This document shows, in pieces, positions 23,153-41,609 of a stretch of DNA of 64,000 nucleotides. Made by a program: the position numbers and the translations under genes. The notes beneath the pieces were generated by a model that worked only from the letters and a program-made list of their open reading frames with translations, made no database searches and was not told where the DNA came from. Source of the DNA: Utricularia gibba. Its lineage: Eukaryota; Plantae; Magnoliophyta. Where the stretch lies: contig NEEC01000007.1 in assembly GCA_002189035.1 (NCBI GenBank), positions 248,001 to 312,000 of the forward strand. Reading direction: 5' to 3'. How positions within the stretch are numbered: the stretch's first letter is position 1; each line of letters opens with the position of its first letter.

Positions 23153-24856
23153 CTAGTCATCATCATCACTAGTTTGATGGGAATAAGAGCATTCTTCACC
23201 AACAATGTCATCATAATCACTCTCCTCATCCGGGCAACTTTCACTGCCCGTGTATTCCAGAGAAAAATCATAAGTACCCTCCAAGTTTTTTTCTGTACAT
23301 TGAGTTGAAAGCTTACTATTCGCTATTCCAAGTTTACTAGAACCAACATTGCAGCTTCCGTTGGGCATACTTTCAGAGTGCCGATTGATAGGATCACCAT
23401 ACAGGGCAACATGACGATAATACAGTTCAAGTTCCTTCTCTGCTATGGCGATGAAGCGTCGCACCGAGTCCAGGGATTGTTCATACTTTGACTTTTCCAA
23501 CGCCTAAGATGAGGAGAAAACACACGTTCAGTGGGATCAGTTTGCACATACTGAGATACACCAAAAGTGCCATGAAGATGAGCGTTTCAGAAGCTACAAG
23601 GTAGTTGAGGACTCTACCTTCTTCTTGGAGAGAGTATCAACTGGTGACATAACCTTTGGCTGCACATAGTTTCTTCCTCGATAAAACACTAAGGTGTCCT
23701 CTCCAATCGTTTGGATGGGGATTCCACCACTCAACCGAGCAATTTCACTTGCGAACTCTTGCAGTTGGCCAGGTTTGCAAGGTTTGCAAATCACTTTGAC
23801 AGTTTCATGTTTCTTCCAGTGCAAATGCATGTTGAGTATCACTCCACCGAATACTCCTCTTCTGCCTACAGGAACATAATTGGACCTCTTCTGCGCCATC
23901 TTTTTCATATAATGTCGTTCTTCACCAGTCAATACATGTGGCTCGACAACAGGACCTTGAGCTTTTGGAACATCGTAAGCCTTCAGTCTTTCAATTAGCA
24001 TGGCTTCCTTGATTTTTGCCTACACGCATAAGTCATCCTTTCAGAATTCTTGAAAAGTAGATACCTTAAAAGGAAAATCAGGGGTTACAGTCGATTGCAT
24101 ATCATTGCATTAGAAGCTTACTTTTTCAAGTTTGAATTTGATCCTCTCCTCTGCGTTAGCAAACCTTTGCTTGGTCTTCTTTCCTTTCACCCCAAGCCTT
24201 CTAGGGTCATTCTTATTGGCAGCCTTTCTCTTTTGCTTCTCTTTCTTTCTTTGAAGCTTTAGCCTTTTCTTGGTCTTCCATTTCTCCTTCTTTGGGGGCT
24301 CTATTTCACATGTCTCAAATTTAGGCTTCCCATCTGGTGATATCACAAGGTTCACCGTTCCATGACTGAAGCTTCTCCTTGGCCAAAACAAATTTTCTAG
24401 GTAACAACTTCTCGGTCCACAATTCAGAAGTGACGATCTCAGGGATGTAAAAGGTGGTTTGCAGCACGCCAATTTCCTGCAAAATAGAAGCACGAAAACC
24501 AGGTGAACAAACATAGACAAATGCCAAACGTTCACACACACACACATACCGATCTCACAAGGTGTCAGCACCTACATCAGTACCAATACCAAGATAGAGT
24601 GGTGTATGCTATGAAAAATCGTAGCGACATTTTCACCTTTTCCCACCGGGATAAACACGAATAGGTAGTTATATTCACTTGCAAAAATTCCCAAGGAGGA
24701 GCACGTTCAAGCTAATATCCATTACCTATTGTTGGATCGGATGGAGTAGTGCCGATGACCACATGCTCTTATCCCAGAAACCCTGCTTCTGAATACACCC
24801 CAAACGAACCTAGAAACTGCATTGTGAAAACTTGCACAATTTAAAAAAAGAAACAT
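23153..24856 (-). CDS. CRM (CRS1/YhbY)-domain organellar RNA-binding protein (At3g25440-like), 4 coding exons
   Basis: LTGEERHYMKKMAQKRSNYVPVGRRGVFGGVILNMHLHWKKHETVKV...LVFYRGRNY CRM core; Lys-rich N-terminal region; transit-peptide-like first exon 24856-24726; acidic tail. Confidence 0.85.
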
Positions 24857-26169
24857 GGCGAACTATTAAATCCAGAATCGTTCAAAATAACATACTACTC
24901 AAACCCTCGAGGTTTTTCATTCCCTCCGCTGTTGTCTGCTGAAACTTCAGTCAATCAGTAAGTCTTCCAGCTTGGGCATAGCTCATCGATTTTCCAGGCC
25001 GAAAATAAAAATTTCTTCAAGAAAAAGTATAGAAGAAGGAATTGGAGAATTGCGAAAACCTACTGAGAACGGAAGAAGATGAAGAACACGGATGTCGCCG
25101 GCGGCGTAACGGCTACTCAGGATTGCACTGGAAGTTAAATAACGTATTTTGTGAAAGAAAGGGAAAAAAAAAAAAAGAAAAGCCCATTAAATCGTGGGCC
25201 CTTTATAAAAAAGTTCCCAACAGGTGATGTCTATCCATCCTCTTGGCCCAAACAGAGATCAACGCTACTGTTGCAGGCGGCGACACTCAACTCAATTGAT
25301 CTTGCCCGGAGAACGGTCGGCATGTTGTAGATCAGCTCTCAACATCAAAAACTCCTGTCGAGGAAATTATTGCAGATGCGTTCATATTCACCTTTAACCT
25401 CATTCTCCTGTTCCAGCGTCAGTTCTACTGCAGATGCTCCCTCCCGATCCTACGGCCTATTTCATTGAGCGTCTGCATCATCGTACTGTTCTCTTTCAAG
25501 AATTAACTGCCTATGGATTGGATTGCTGTAGAGAGATCGATGGATCAGGAAAGCCGGTGAGCACGGCGGCTCCGCCGCTCTCGTTTACGTAGGTATCATT
25601 TTTTAAAGGGCATGTTTTATGAGGCTGTTGTAAATGGCTAAACTGTACGATTACAATTTTAGCACCAAGAAATTGTGGTTTTCCTTCTTTTTTTTTTTCC
25701 TTTTCCTCAAGTACGTCTTAATTAATGATGGTTTCGTCTAAATTCAAACTTATTTTTAATGAAGCTAATCGTACGGTCGCATATTAGATTAGAGGAATTT
25801 CCGCGGTAATATTTTGTTACGTGATTTATTTCCAGGATAATATAATATTTTGGAAAATGCAGTACGAAAATATATCGTGTCATTTTATAAAATTTTGATT
25901 TAATCGTCTAAATTGTTCAGAGTTTTCTTGTAGATGAAATCTAGAGTCTAGTGATTAAGAAAACAATTCAACGAACACTCGCCTCCGCGCCCTCATTCGC
26001 ATCAGTCTTTACTGCTTTCGTTGCTCCAGAAATCGGTGTTGATCTTCTGGAGATAGTCGGCTGCTGCACCAAATACGACATTTTTATGCGCCTTTCCGTC
26101 TGGTTCGACGCGGTGATCGGGCCGTTTCAGTTTTGATAACGCTGTTCTGCGGAATCAACGGTGTCGACG

Positions 26170-29100
26170 ATGGAAGGATCGGAGAAGGAGAAGCTCAACT
26201 CCTCCGGATCGTCTACGCCTGCATCTGCTGTAGCTAATTTTTGGAAAGGTTGTTTTCTTAACAATTTGGTTGTCTATGTTTTTGGTAGTGTACTGCTTGA
26301 CTTCTGATTCGTTGCGTTTCTGCTTATGCTTGTTTGGGTATTTTTCTTTCCCTCTGTCATTCATCCGTTAGATGATTTTCCACTGTTGAAATACATTGGT
26401 TAGCAGTGTCGAGATTCTGTATAATCGTATGTGGTGAAGGTTCTTTCTATTGTCTCTTCAGTCATTCCTCTCGTACTTTGGTGATCCGAAAGTGGGTTGA
26501 CGCCAAGTTGAGTTTTTGCTTGGTGCAGTTAAGATGATATTATTAACAATTTAACCCAATGATTCCAGATTTTGATCTAGAGAAAGAGCGGACTCAATTG
26601 GACGAGCAAGGACTTCGGATTGCTGAAAATCAGGAGAATAGTCAGAAAAGCCGTAGAAGACTAGCAGAAATCACTAGAGGTACTTTGTAATCGAATTTGG
26701 ATTGACTCCTCTATTCTCACCATGTTAACTTTAGGAAACTAAATTTCAAGAAGTCTATTTCTTTCTCTTTTTAATATGATTCCATGTAATTTTTTTGCAC
26801 ATGATAAATCTGCCATTTATTTTATGCTTGCAACTTATTTCTTAACAGATTTTAAGAAGACTCCAGATGAAGAGAAGCTAGCACAGTTTAGTTCTTTGCT
26901 CAAGAGTTATCAAGAAGAGGTTGATAGGATAACGAAGCGAGCAAAATTCGGGGAGAATGCTTTTCTTAATATTTACCAAAAACTTTATGAAGCTCCTGAT
27001 CCTTTCCCAGTTCTTACTCTTGTTGCTGTAAGTATTCTACACATTTTCTCTATTTTGGTTACTATGATATATTTTTTTTTCTCTTCCATAAAGTGCTGAT
27101 AGCTTTCTCGATATCAAGGTGCTTTTTTTAATCTATTTTCCTTTTTTTATGTAGGAGAAGGACTCTAAAATTTCTGATTTAGAGTCTGAAAACAGAAAGA
27201 TGAAGGTCGAGCTTGATGAATTTCGAACAGAATCAACTCATTTGAAAAATCAGCAGGCAATGATCCGAAGACTTGAAGAACGCAACCGCCAGTTAGAGCA
27301 ACAGGTCAGTGACTCTACGTTTATGACATGAGTATTTTGGCTATCAGAAAGGGAGCTTATTTAAGATTTTCGTGTGCGTGTTTCTTTAATATTATCCAGA
27401 TGGAGGAAAAGGTGAAGGAAATTGTTGAGATCAAGCAACGTAATTTGGCTGAAGAGAATCAGAAAACAATGGATGTTTTGAAGGAAAGGTTGCATATTCG
27501 CTGGTGTTCTTTTTCACTTTCTACCAGGAACTTGATTTATTGAAATAATTAGATTTATGCCCATCAATCCAGGGAACGGATGTTGCAAGCTCAGTTACGC
27601 CAGGCTGAAGAAAGTGTTTCCACCATGAGAAAGCTGCACGAATTTGCCCAAAGCCAATTGTTTGAGCTTCGTGCTCAATCAGGTGAGAAAGCTTAAGTAC
27701 TCATAGTTTAGTCACTTGTGTTGATTTTATTTTTTTACTATAAATGTTTGATTTTTCAAGGTTTTTTTCTGTTTCCCTTATAAATTTCAGATGAAGATAG
27801 GGCTGCCAAGCAATCAGAGATTAATATTCTGATGGATGAAGTTGAACATGCACAGACTCGCCTTCAAAGTCTTGAAAGGGAGAAGGTAAACTTCAAAAAA
27901 ATCCTCCTAATCTCCCTAAGTGCCGGTTGTTGTATTGGCTAATTGTGATAGCAAGCTCTGCTGCTATCAAGATATTCTCTATTTTCCCTAATGGTTCTAT
28001 TCCTCTCATTGCTTCATCCATTTCTTGCTTTCTAGTTGAGTTTTGATAACTTGATAATGATTTGCCTTTGTTTCTCTCTCTATGTTTTTAGTTCGGATGT
28101 TTAATAAAAATTCCCCTCCTTTTGCTGTTGTTGTGGCTGCAATGGAATTTTAAGCCTGTGGGCCGAAAAAAGCTTCTGCATAATGACTTAAAGGACCTTG
28201 ACCGGTTCTTTTGTGTTCTTGATATCCCGATTATAGAGTATTTAACCTCGGAAATCTTACTGTGTTCATGAGCAGGGCCTTTTGCAGTCTCAGTTACAAT
28301 CTACCAATGAAGAAAGTGGACAAAAGAGAAGGTACACCAGTGTTTCGAATGCAGTTCCTTTCCCCATATATTTTTTAATGTCTTATTTGTATGGAAATAT
28401 CAAGCACACTATTCATCTTTCTATGTCATTGAATCTTTGAGCATATTCTACTTTCTATGTATCACAAGATCCTATTTGAAGTACAAACCTGCCTTTCGCC
28501 TGATATAAATATTTAAATTGCACCAGTCTTTATCATTCCTTGCTCAAGTGACCTTGGATGTACACCTAATTTTTTTTTCCTGCTTTTCCTTAGCGATAAT
28601 ATTGATGCAAACACAATGCTTGAGAATTCCCTCACTGCAAAGGAAAAGATTGTATCTGAGCTGAATATTGAGCTCCACAACATTGAGACAACACTGTCAA
28701 GTGAACGGGAATATCATATGAATGAGCTGAAGAAGTTGAAGTCACTCCTCAATGAAAAGGTAGCCTACACCCTTTGTCTTCATTAACTTATGTTTTGCTG
28801 GGGACTTCTATCTATAATGGAAATGTTAATCCTTTGCAAATACTTAAAATCAGATGGTCCATATCCTTTTTTTTCCCTTTAAAATCATTGCCGGTAGTGT
28901 GTACAGTCTGTTCCAATGTTTGCTTTATGATTTCTAAGTTACATTTTGTTGCCTTTTGGGGTCATTTAGTTCATAAACTATGGATTACGTCTGAGGATCA
29001 CCATATTACTGTGAATATTGGCCTTGCTTTATCAGTTGTATGTCTTTCAGTATCTCCAATAGTGGCGTTCAATATTGTGTAAAATTTTATAACAATTGCG

Positions 29101-31199
29101 TAGGTGGGTTTTTAAGTTGTGTTATTTTTGAATCTGCAGGGAGCTGAAGTCGACGAGTTGAAGAAGGAGCTTAATGAGAGGCCAACTGACAAACTGGTTG
29201 ACGATTTGAGGAAGAAAGTAAAGATATTACAGGTTTGATGCTAGGATCTTTTCATGTTGAAAATTATATTATTTGAGGCTAATTTGTTTCAATTTTAGAA
29301 TCATAATTGCAGTCTCATAGCAGTGGCATTAACCTTTTTGGTGTTACTCTTCAATCTTAAAGGCTGTTGGTTATAATTCCATTGAAGCTGAGGACTGGGA
29401 AACCGCAACCAGTGGGGAAGAGCTGAGCCAAATGGAATCCTTACTTCTTGACAAGAACAGAAAAATGGAACATGAGCTCACCCAATACAAGGTATGGCAG
29501 TTCAATCATAGTAATTTTTCTTCACTGTTTTCCAAGGGATGCTACTAAGAAGTTATCTTTACTGTGCCTGATTTGCTGGAAAACTATTTACTAGTTTAAG
29601 CAATATTCCCTTTTCAGGTTAAAATAGCGGAAAAGTCATCTTTGTTAGAAGCAGCAGAAATTAAGATACAAGAGTTAAGTGAACAGATCAATGAACAGCA
29701 GGCGCTTATCCAGAAACTCGAGGATGACATACTAACTGTAAGTTTTGTATGTCCAGTTTAGTTAATTTACTGATGACTGTAACAGTCATGATTAGTTTTT
29801 ACCTCATGAGCATATGAGGTGAAGGCTGGTTTCCAGTACTCTCTTGTTGATGACATGAAATGCAGGGCTACAATTCTCAAGATAAGAAGAACAGTTTTTT
29901 TGATGAGTGGGATCTGTCGGATTCCACTGGTTTGAACCCTTTGGAGGTAACTAACGCCTAGTCCTTCTTAAATGATTTTATATATGGTGGTGTTGTGCAT
30001 AAAATCACTTCTGTATGGGGCACAGAATACCTTCCACTTTTTGGCAATGTTCAATAAATGAAAATAAAAACCCTTCTCAATAGTGACTTTGTTGTAGTGG
30101 TCGGGACTTCGTGATGACTGGTCGCTTTACACGCATTTCTTGTTTTCTATACAGAATTCAGAACAAAGGCGTGGTCCTTCTGAACTGGATCAAAGCTCTA
30201 TGCTCAAGGTGATATGCAGCCAACGTGACAGATTTCGATCTCGTTTGCGAGAGACTGAAGAGGTATGATGGATCGTTAACCTATCTGCGAAGCATCTTCG
30301 TTGTGATGATGCTTTCTCGGTGTTATGTATGTCACCATGATTAAATATTTTCAGGAAATACAAAAGTTGAATGATAAAATTGCAGTACTCCATGATGAAC
30401 TTGAGAAGACAAAGGCAGATAACGTTAAGCTCTACGGAAAGATTCGATATGTCCAGGATTACAATTCCGAGAAAGTAATTTCCAGAGGATCAAAGAAGGT
30501 ATTTCAGTTTGCAGCCAACATGCCTTTCCTTATGTCCAGCTGTGCATGTTAGGATCGTTTTTTTTTTAAATGGGCAGCATGTGGAAGATCTCGAAGGTGG
30601 TTTCGCCTCAGACGTTGAGTCAAAGTACAAAAAGATGTATGAAGATGATATCAATCCTTTTGCTGCCTTCTCAAAGAAGGTACATCTTTTCTATCACTTC
30701 CCTTCGGTTTGTTCTCCAACATTTGTCCCTTTTTTTCCCCCTTTTTCAAGCACTCATATTTATCATCCTTTTGTCTTTGACATGAAAACAGGAGAGGGAT
30801 CAAAGGTACAAGGAACTGGGCCTCAGGGACAAAATCACTCTCAGTGGTGGGCGCCTTGTGCTTGGAAACAAGTATGCTTCCTATCTTTTTATCTGCAGGT
30901 GTTTACTTTTGCTTCATAGCCGTGTATTATAGCACAACAAAAATTCCTGTGTGTTTCAGACGCGCGAGGACGTTCGTATTCTTCTACACCATTCTGCTGC
31001 ACATAATGGTCTTCACCCTCCTGTACAGGATGTCTGCCCTGAGTTACCTAAGGTGCCTCTGCTTCTTTTCTATGCTCTCCGCGTCTTGTTTTTGAGGCCA
31101 TCTCCTCACATGTTCTTTCTCCTGTTTTCATTGTTTTACAGCCATGTTCCCGAGGAGAGACTCATGGGAGACATGGTAAACCTTCCTCATCCCCAATAA
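26170..31199 (+). CDS. CASP: Golgin CASP (CCAAT-displacement protein alternatively spliced product), many exons
   Basis: ANFWK|DFDLEKE, YQEEVDRITKRAKFGENAFLNIYQKLYEAPDP, long coiled coil, ADNVKLYGKIRYVQDY, YEDDINPFAAFSKK and C-terminal TM segment RTFVFFYTILLHIMVF. Confidence 0.93.
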
Positions 31200-31436
31200 C
31201 ATGTTTATTTGGATCTCCACCATGATTACTACGAATGATTGAACTGGAACAATATGAAAGACTACAGTAGTAAACCAGCAGGTTGTATGGATACCGCAAC
31301 TGCAACATGCAGATTATGCAAAACACACTACTGCGTTTTGCTTTATTTATTTATTTAGTTTTTTTGCCAAAAAAAAAACACTAGAAAATTTCGAAAATAC
31401 GTGTGCCGCCATTTCTTTATTCGGACTCCAGAGCCG

Positions 31437-32167
31437 TTAACCCTCCCAGTCGAAGGTGAACCAGATCTCGTTCACTCTGTTGGTGAATTCGAACGGAGAA
31501 TTGTACTGCGCAACGATGTAGTTCGATGCTCCTTCGTTTCCATGGCGCTTGTAGACTGCATCGCCCCAGACCGTCCCCGCCACGCTCTCGTACAGTGCCG
31601 CGGCTTCCTGTCCGACGTCGTCATCAGCGACGAATCCACTGAATTGCTTCACCGCCACATACGTTTCTCCCCAACTTTGCACATGGAGCCCATCCGCGGA
31701 CGGCGGATTCTTCTGGTTCAACTTGGGGACGTAGAAGCTTATCGCGAATGAGGACGCGCAGAATGGACCGTCGCTTGGTTTCACCTCTGTGATCACCGGC
31801 CCCGTCATTTCGATCTTCTCTTGCTTGTCGTTCTGTCCTTGGATGTATCTGAACAGTCTGGGAAGTGCGGGAATGAAAAACCAGCGTTCAAGCGACGCGG
31901 AATTCAAGGAATTTTAGGGAGACTTGAATCAACTTACTGGAGGAATCCAGTTCGGGTGGCTCCGACGAAGGAGATGTCATCGATTGGGAGAGTAGTTATC
32001 CACTTGGTGGAATTGATACGGCGGATCTCGAATCCGTCGCCCGAGTCGACGACGGTGTAGCTAGGGCACTCGATTCGGTTGCATGTCGGTGGGAATACAG
32101 CGAGGGGGCGACTATCGCACACCGTGAAACTGAGAATCAGGAGGAAGCAGAGACCAAACTTCGCCAT
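31437..32167 (-). CDS. SOUL/heme-binding protein 2-like, secreted, 2 exons
   Basis: Signal peptide MAKFGLCFLLILSFTVC; IECPSYTVV...GFEIRR; GFLQ|LFRYIQGQN...EMTGPV; AQYNSPFEFTNRVNEIW. Confidence 0.88.
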
Positions 32168-32565
32168 GGATTACAACACAGGTACTCCTGGTCCAGAAGC
32201 CTGTTACAATGAAAAATATTCGTGTTTCGGCCGGCCACCATTCTTATGGAACCTATCTCTCTTGGTGTACATGGTGACACGCAGTGCAACCATGGCCAAT
32301 CCGTGACGATAAGAAAAGAAGCTCCATATTATATTTCAGAAACGTGAACGTAGAACACAATTTAGGCTGAAAAAACAATGCATTGAATATATATTTTAAA
32401 AGAAAAACTCTGAGATATTTCTAATTGTATAGTCGTTTGACTGATTTCGGACATCGTCGTGGTTGCGACTCCGGTCTTGTTGCGGGAGCCTGCGTGAGCG
32501 CGCAATTCTGGTATTGCGCCGTTGATATTTCCGCCAGCCATTCCTCGAAGCACATTCTCTCGGCA

Positions 32566-36547
<3,982 letters not shown>

Positions 36548-37122
36548 ATGAAGAAGATCCGGGAGTGTGTGTTGGGTACTCATTCTTTTTGAATTGATGG
36601 TGGATCAAGGGAGGTGGGTGTTTCTCGTGGATAATGGAGAGGGAGAGATGCATACACGACAACAAAAGTTCATTATCTTTTTAACTGAGGGATTTCAATG
36701 GGATGGGTTTCTATTTTCCTCTGTTTTGGATTCATTTGTATGTTATTTCATTTAGCATTGGAGTAATATTGGCAGAAGAAATGTCATTGAAATGAAAAGA
36801 TTTGTTCACGAAGACTCTCGGATGACAAGAAATTGGACAAGAATTGTTCTGAAACACTGTATTGTTGGGGTTCAAGGCAGGCATGTTTTGTTGTTCGATT
36901 CAAAGGATTTCTTGAAGGTACGCTTTCAGATTGTAGAAATCTTCATCTGTTACTACTGCAAAACGTCCTCGAACAATCCAGGAACTGAATGGCGAACAGC
37001 TTGTACATAGAGTTCCCAATAAATGGATGTTCCAAGATTCTAACTGATAAGTAGCGGAACCCATAAACAGGAAATAGGGAACACTGCTGCATACGATCTC
37101 AACTTTCGCAACTGAGCGAATC

Positions 37123-39713
37123 ATGGCGCAATCGCCGCCGTCTCCTGGAGTTTCACCGCCGCAGTTGGAGGACTGTATAGAAGAGCTACTGCGTTTCACG
37201 CTTCTTGTATCCAAGGAAGGAAAACTCACGACGGGACTTTCTGTGGAATACTGTGCGCATCTCCTTAGAACGGATCCTCTTGATACCCTTCGCGTGTGCA
37301 ATGGTAACATGCTACTGCCTTCTCATTAAAGCCTGCGGGTCCTTTGCACTTTCATTTGACCTTCGTTTTTGGTGAAGATTGTGCATATAATAGATTTCAA
37401 ATATGAATTTGGTTATAAGTAAGCAGAAGTTGATCACGGAATATTCATGAATGATTAGAGATTACTGATGAAGATTTTACGAACAGATTTTGGTGAAAGG
37501 AATGCAATCTATGTTCAAATGTTAAGTGCAATTAGTGCAAGGAACGATTTTCTTTTTTCCTAGTATAGTGCATTATGCAATCGCTTTAGCTTCTGATTCA
37601 AGATATTAGTCTTCAGAATTTTTTTTTAGTTGAAGGTCTTGAAGGTGTTCCATCCTATCCTTTGTATAAGCGGCTGGCATGGTCTCTATACAAGTTTATA
37701 TGTTCTCGGCTTGTGCTTGAACGACAAGAGTATAATCTGGATCACACAGGCTCAATTTTAATCGAGAAAAAAGGAGAGTGGAATAATCTCATTACTGAGA
37801 AGGGTTTTGTTTTACGGAGCGTAAGTTAAATACTTCACTGGTGGCTGCTGGCTTGGTGTTAGTCCATGATTTACTCGATTTATTTTTTATCTAGATGTTG
37901 AATGAAGTGAACTTTGAGCTTCATGTTCAGGAACGTTTTTTTACACAGCTTAACGGTGAGTGTTCCTTGGCTTTAGTTTGAAATATGCAATCACTCAACG
38001 CAGTCTAGACTCTTTTCTTGAAATTCTTATTTTCCATTCTTTAGCATGGTAATGGTGATTTCCTTCCACTTAGATGGAGCAAAAACTGTTGAAGGTAGAT
38101 GTGCAGTCGGTGATTACAGAAGGTGCTAAGATTTCTGTTCTCTATATTCCTGATTTCAAAGAATTTCAACATTTGATTTCCGCTCTTCAGGGTAATTTTG
38201 CTTACTTCAGTTCGGTGAATGAAATTGGATATTTTAGTGCCATCTTAGTACCTGAAAAAATAATACAGTTGAGATATTGAACGCAGCATCTGATTTTTAA
38301 AAGTTAGTTTTTTGGTGTTGTTATAATGCTTCTTGAAATATAGAATCAAGCCTGGACACATTCTGCTCTTCAACAAATGCTTGCTTCTTCAAGTTCAGGT
38401 GTTGGGACGTCATGCATGGTTAATTTGAACATGCTATTTCTTCCTACTAAATATCGTATCTTTGTAGGATGTGCAATGGTACGCCTCATTTCATGAAATG
38501 TTGGAAGCAGAGAGCTTGACCAAGGTTCTGCCTGGTGTGTCAACTATTGAAGAAGGTACTATTCGTACCACACATGCTTTGGCAGTTGCTGACCAATGTA
38601 TTGATGGCATTTGTTTACTATAATCCAATTGAATTTTTTTCCCCAATATTGCGGCATAATAAAAGCATCCCTTTGCTTTTTTATATGCATTTGAATTCTT
38701 TGCGCTCAGCAGGTGTTCATGTATACAGAAATTTCTATACTGAAGAGAAGGAGAGGTCTAATGGTGTACTTGCTATTCGTGTTCAAAAATCTAGCTCTCA
38801 AACTTGTATAGTTATGGGAGAAATACTTTCTGTGAGTACACTCTACACCATATCTTCTGTGTCTAGTTCTTCTGATGGCCATTTTCACACCTCTTCTAGG
38901 GATTAGGATGTGGTGGTGTCCAATGGTTGATGGGTTTTGTACAGACAATCGGGACGAATCCTGAATTACTTCCTCCGCCAAGATCATGTCTGCTACAAGC
39001 TTTCTTAGAACCATATAATCCTGATGTATGAAGCTAAATGACATTTTCTGCTCCAATCCCCCCTCTGATATTCAACAGAGCATTGAGGCAACTTGTTGCC
39101 AAAATGCTATATGCACTGTCTTCCAATGATGCTGCTTTTAGTGATCATTTCTGTGGCTCCAGGTCAAGGGATCATCACTCACAATCGGTTCCAGGGCTCT
39201 GGCCAAGCATGCCAACCGAAGCACCGAACTGTACTGGGGCGTGATGCAGGGAGACGGTCCGGTCCTACTCGCATCTCTTTCTTCCCTTCGTTCTGTTATG
39301 CAGAAACACTGTGTGATGTCTCTTATGCAGTGGAAACATAGCTGCGAGACAGCACAGTTTCCATGATTAACGCAGTGCATAACAATGTCATAGCTGATGT
39401 ATGCAATCCTGACACTGGACACAATTCTTTCAGATTCTGAGAAAAATGAGCATGCCTTTGGCATCATCAGTCGCCTCCTGACCAACTGCTGCTGGCTGAA
39501 CATGCACATTGTTCCACCCCACGGTGAAGTCTTGGAAATACGAAACCGAGACGGCTACGGCGCGCGGTGGTCCATCGATGGAGCCAAGGTTTGCGTCATC
39601 TGCTCTTAAGACATGAAACAGCTGATGGTAACTTGAGCTCTTGATTGGCGCAGTTTGTAGGATTTCTGGAGCCATATGCTGCTCAAGGCCACGCCACCCG
39701 GTGGAAGCACTAG
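37123..39713 (+). CDS. ASCH-domain RNA-binding protein (long form with C-terminal extension), multi-exon
   Basis: LEDCIEELLRFTL; FELHVQERFFTQL|DGAKTVEGRCAVGDY; KVLPGVSTIEEG|VHVYRNFYTEEKE; SLTIGSRALAKHANRS; CCWLNMHIVPPHGEVLEIR...GYGARW|FVGFLEPYAAQGHATRWKH*. Confidence 0.85.
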
Positions 39714-39971
39714 TTCGTTGTCTCTACTGCAGGATGAAGACTTGAGAAAGTGTTGTTTTTTCTGTATTTTGAAATATAAATATTTTATTTTTTTATATTA
39801 TAAACAATTTAAAATGAGTTGGGAACAAATAGAATCTGGTTCGTTAGTGCATGAACCATGATGGCGAGGGTGAAGTGAGAGAGATCTCGCTTTGTGGGAG
39901 TGAGACATCTCCTTTTCTTCTTCTTCTTGGGTGGTTCTTTTGGCTTGTTGACGTTCCGCAACCGGCGTCCC

Positions 39972-41087
39972 ATGGCGGTGGCTATGCAGATCTTGCTGAT
40001 GGCCGCCGCCTTCTTTAACTCTTTTCCGGCGGCGGCCACTTGGTGCGTCGTGCGGAGCGACGCGAGTGATCAGGATCTGCAGATGGCACTGGACTATGCA
40101 TGCACCGCCGGCGCCGACTGCGCTCCGATTCAGCCGTCGGGACTCTGCTTTCTCCCCAACACAGTGCAAGCACACGCCTCCTATGCCTTCAACAGCTACT
40201 ACCAGCGCCGGGGAAACGCCCCAGGAACCTGCTCCTTCGGCGGGATCGCGGCCGTCGCCAAAACCGACCCAAGTTAGTCTTTCTCCTTTAAAAAAAAAAT
40301 CAGCTTTCCCTTTATGAGGAATCTCTTCTGTTTTCCACACACCCCACTGGAATAACATCCAGTTGCTCACACTCCACAGGTTATGGATCTTGCGTCTACC
40401 CGTCGTCCCCAAGGTACCTTCTCTGTGCTCTGCTGCTATGCACTCTGCCCACAGCTAAATCCAAAACTGTCGCTCTCCTCTTTGCGACTTGCATACTGGG
40501 CTTTGCTTTTGTTACTTTTCTATGCGCTTGATCAATGGATCTGCTTTGTTTAACTCCCATTACGGTCAAGGCTTTCTGTTTTGATTGCGGTTCAGTGATC
40601 GTTTGTGATGTTAATACATGTGAGATTGTGCGCTTGGCAGTGGGCACTTTTGCTTTAATTTGTTGCTTTGTCCCTTTCTCTTCTTTTCTTTTCCGGGTAA
40701 ACTCCCATGTTGTTGAATCAACCGCCGGCTCAATTGGGCTGAACGGTGTCACAATACAATACGTCTCAATGTGGCTTCTTTTCGTTCCATGCCCAAGTCT
40801 CTGAGTACTTGAGCTTCTTGAACTTCAGCACTGCCGGGACCGCAGCTATACCGGGAGGAGGCACGGCTTCCACTGGTGCGACACTTGGGCTGCCCTCTCC
40901 GGGAGGATCCTCTGTGCCGGTGTTGGGGACGCCAATTCTGGGAACTGGAGGCGGAGGTGGAGGTGGAGGCGGAGGGGTGGGATTCACACCTGCAATCCCG
41001 GCACCTGCAATGTCTGGGGGTTCGATCCGAGCCATCAAAGTAGCAGTTTTCAATGTCATCCTGTCTTGTGTTTTGCAAACCATGTAA
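39972..41087 (+). CDS. X8 (CBM43) callose-binding protein, PDCB-like, probably GPI-anchored; 3 exons
   Basis: Signal peptide followed by WCV...LQMALDYAC...ADCAPIQ...CFLPNTVQAHASYAFNSYYQ...C...TDPS|YGSCVYP; Gly/Pro/Thr-rich linker and hydrophobic C-terminus. Confidence 0.88.
40947..40976 (+). repeat. Coding GGN repeat, poly-Gly10 in the X8 protein linker
   Basis: GGA GGC GGA GGT GGA GGT GGA GGC GGA GGG. Confidence 0.8.
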
Positions 41088-41609
41088 GGGTGAGGGGCTG
41101 GATTGGTATAGGTCAGGGCAAGGTTCGTGTAGCAACTTGGCTCATGTAATCTGGATGAAATTTTGGTTCTGAACACTGTGAGGAAACCAGTCACTTCTGT
41201 GAACCAAGATCGAGTAAAAAAGCCTACTGTCAATGAAGTAGTTAAGCAACATTATTTGCATAAATAAGGAAAAGTTACAGCCTACGCCCACAAGCTCCAC
41301 AAAGACTGTGGCTTGAAAGGTGCAAGTAGCAGTTACTATCCACACATAAAAACACATCCCTCTGTAGTCCCTTGGCAAAAACATGGCCAAAGGACGAAAA
41401 AAGAATACGCGATACTTCCACGATGTTCCATGTAAAGTGCAAGCACACATTTATCATCAAATCAGGAAGTATGGGCTAATGGATTTACATCTACAGGAAC
41501 GTAACTCAAATAGAGCAAGCATTACCTGCGTACATTTGAGGCATCCACCATGTCCGCTGCAGCCATGTAGGATATGCATCATTCATGTGATAGAATATGC
41601 AAAATCTGA

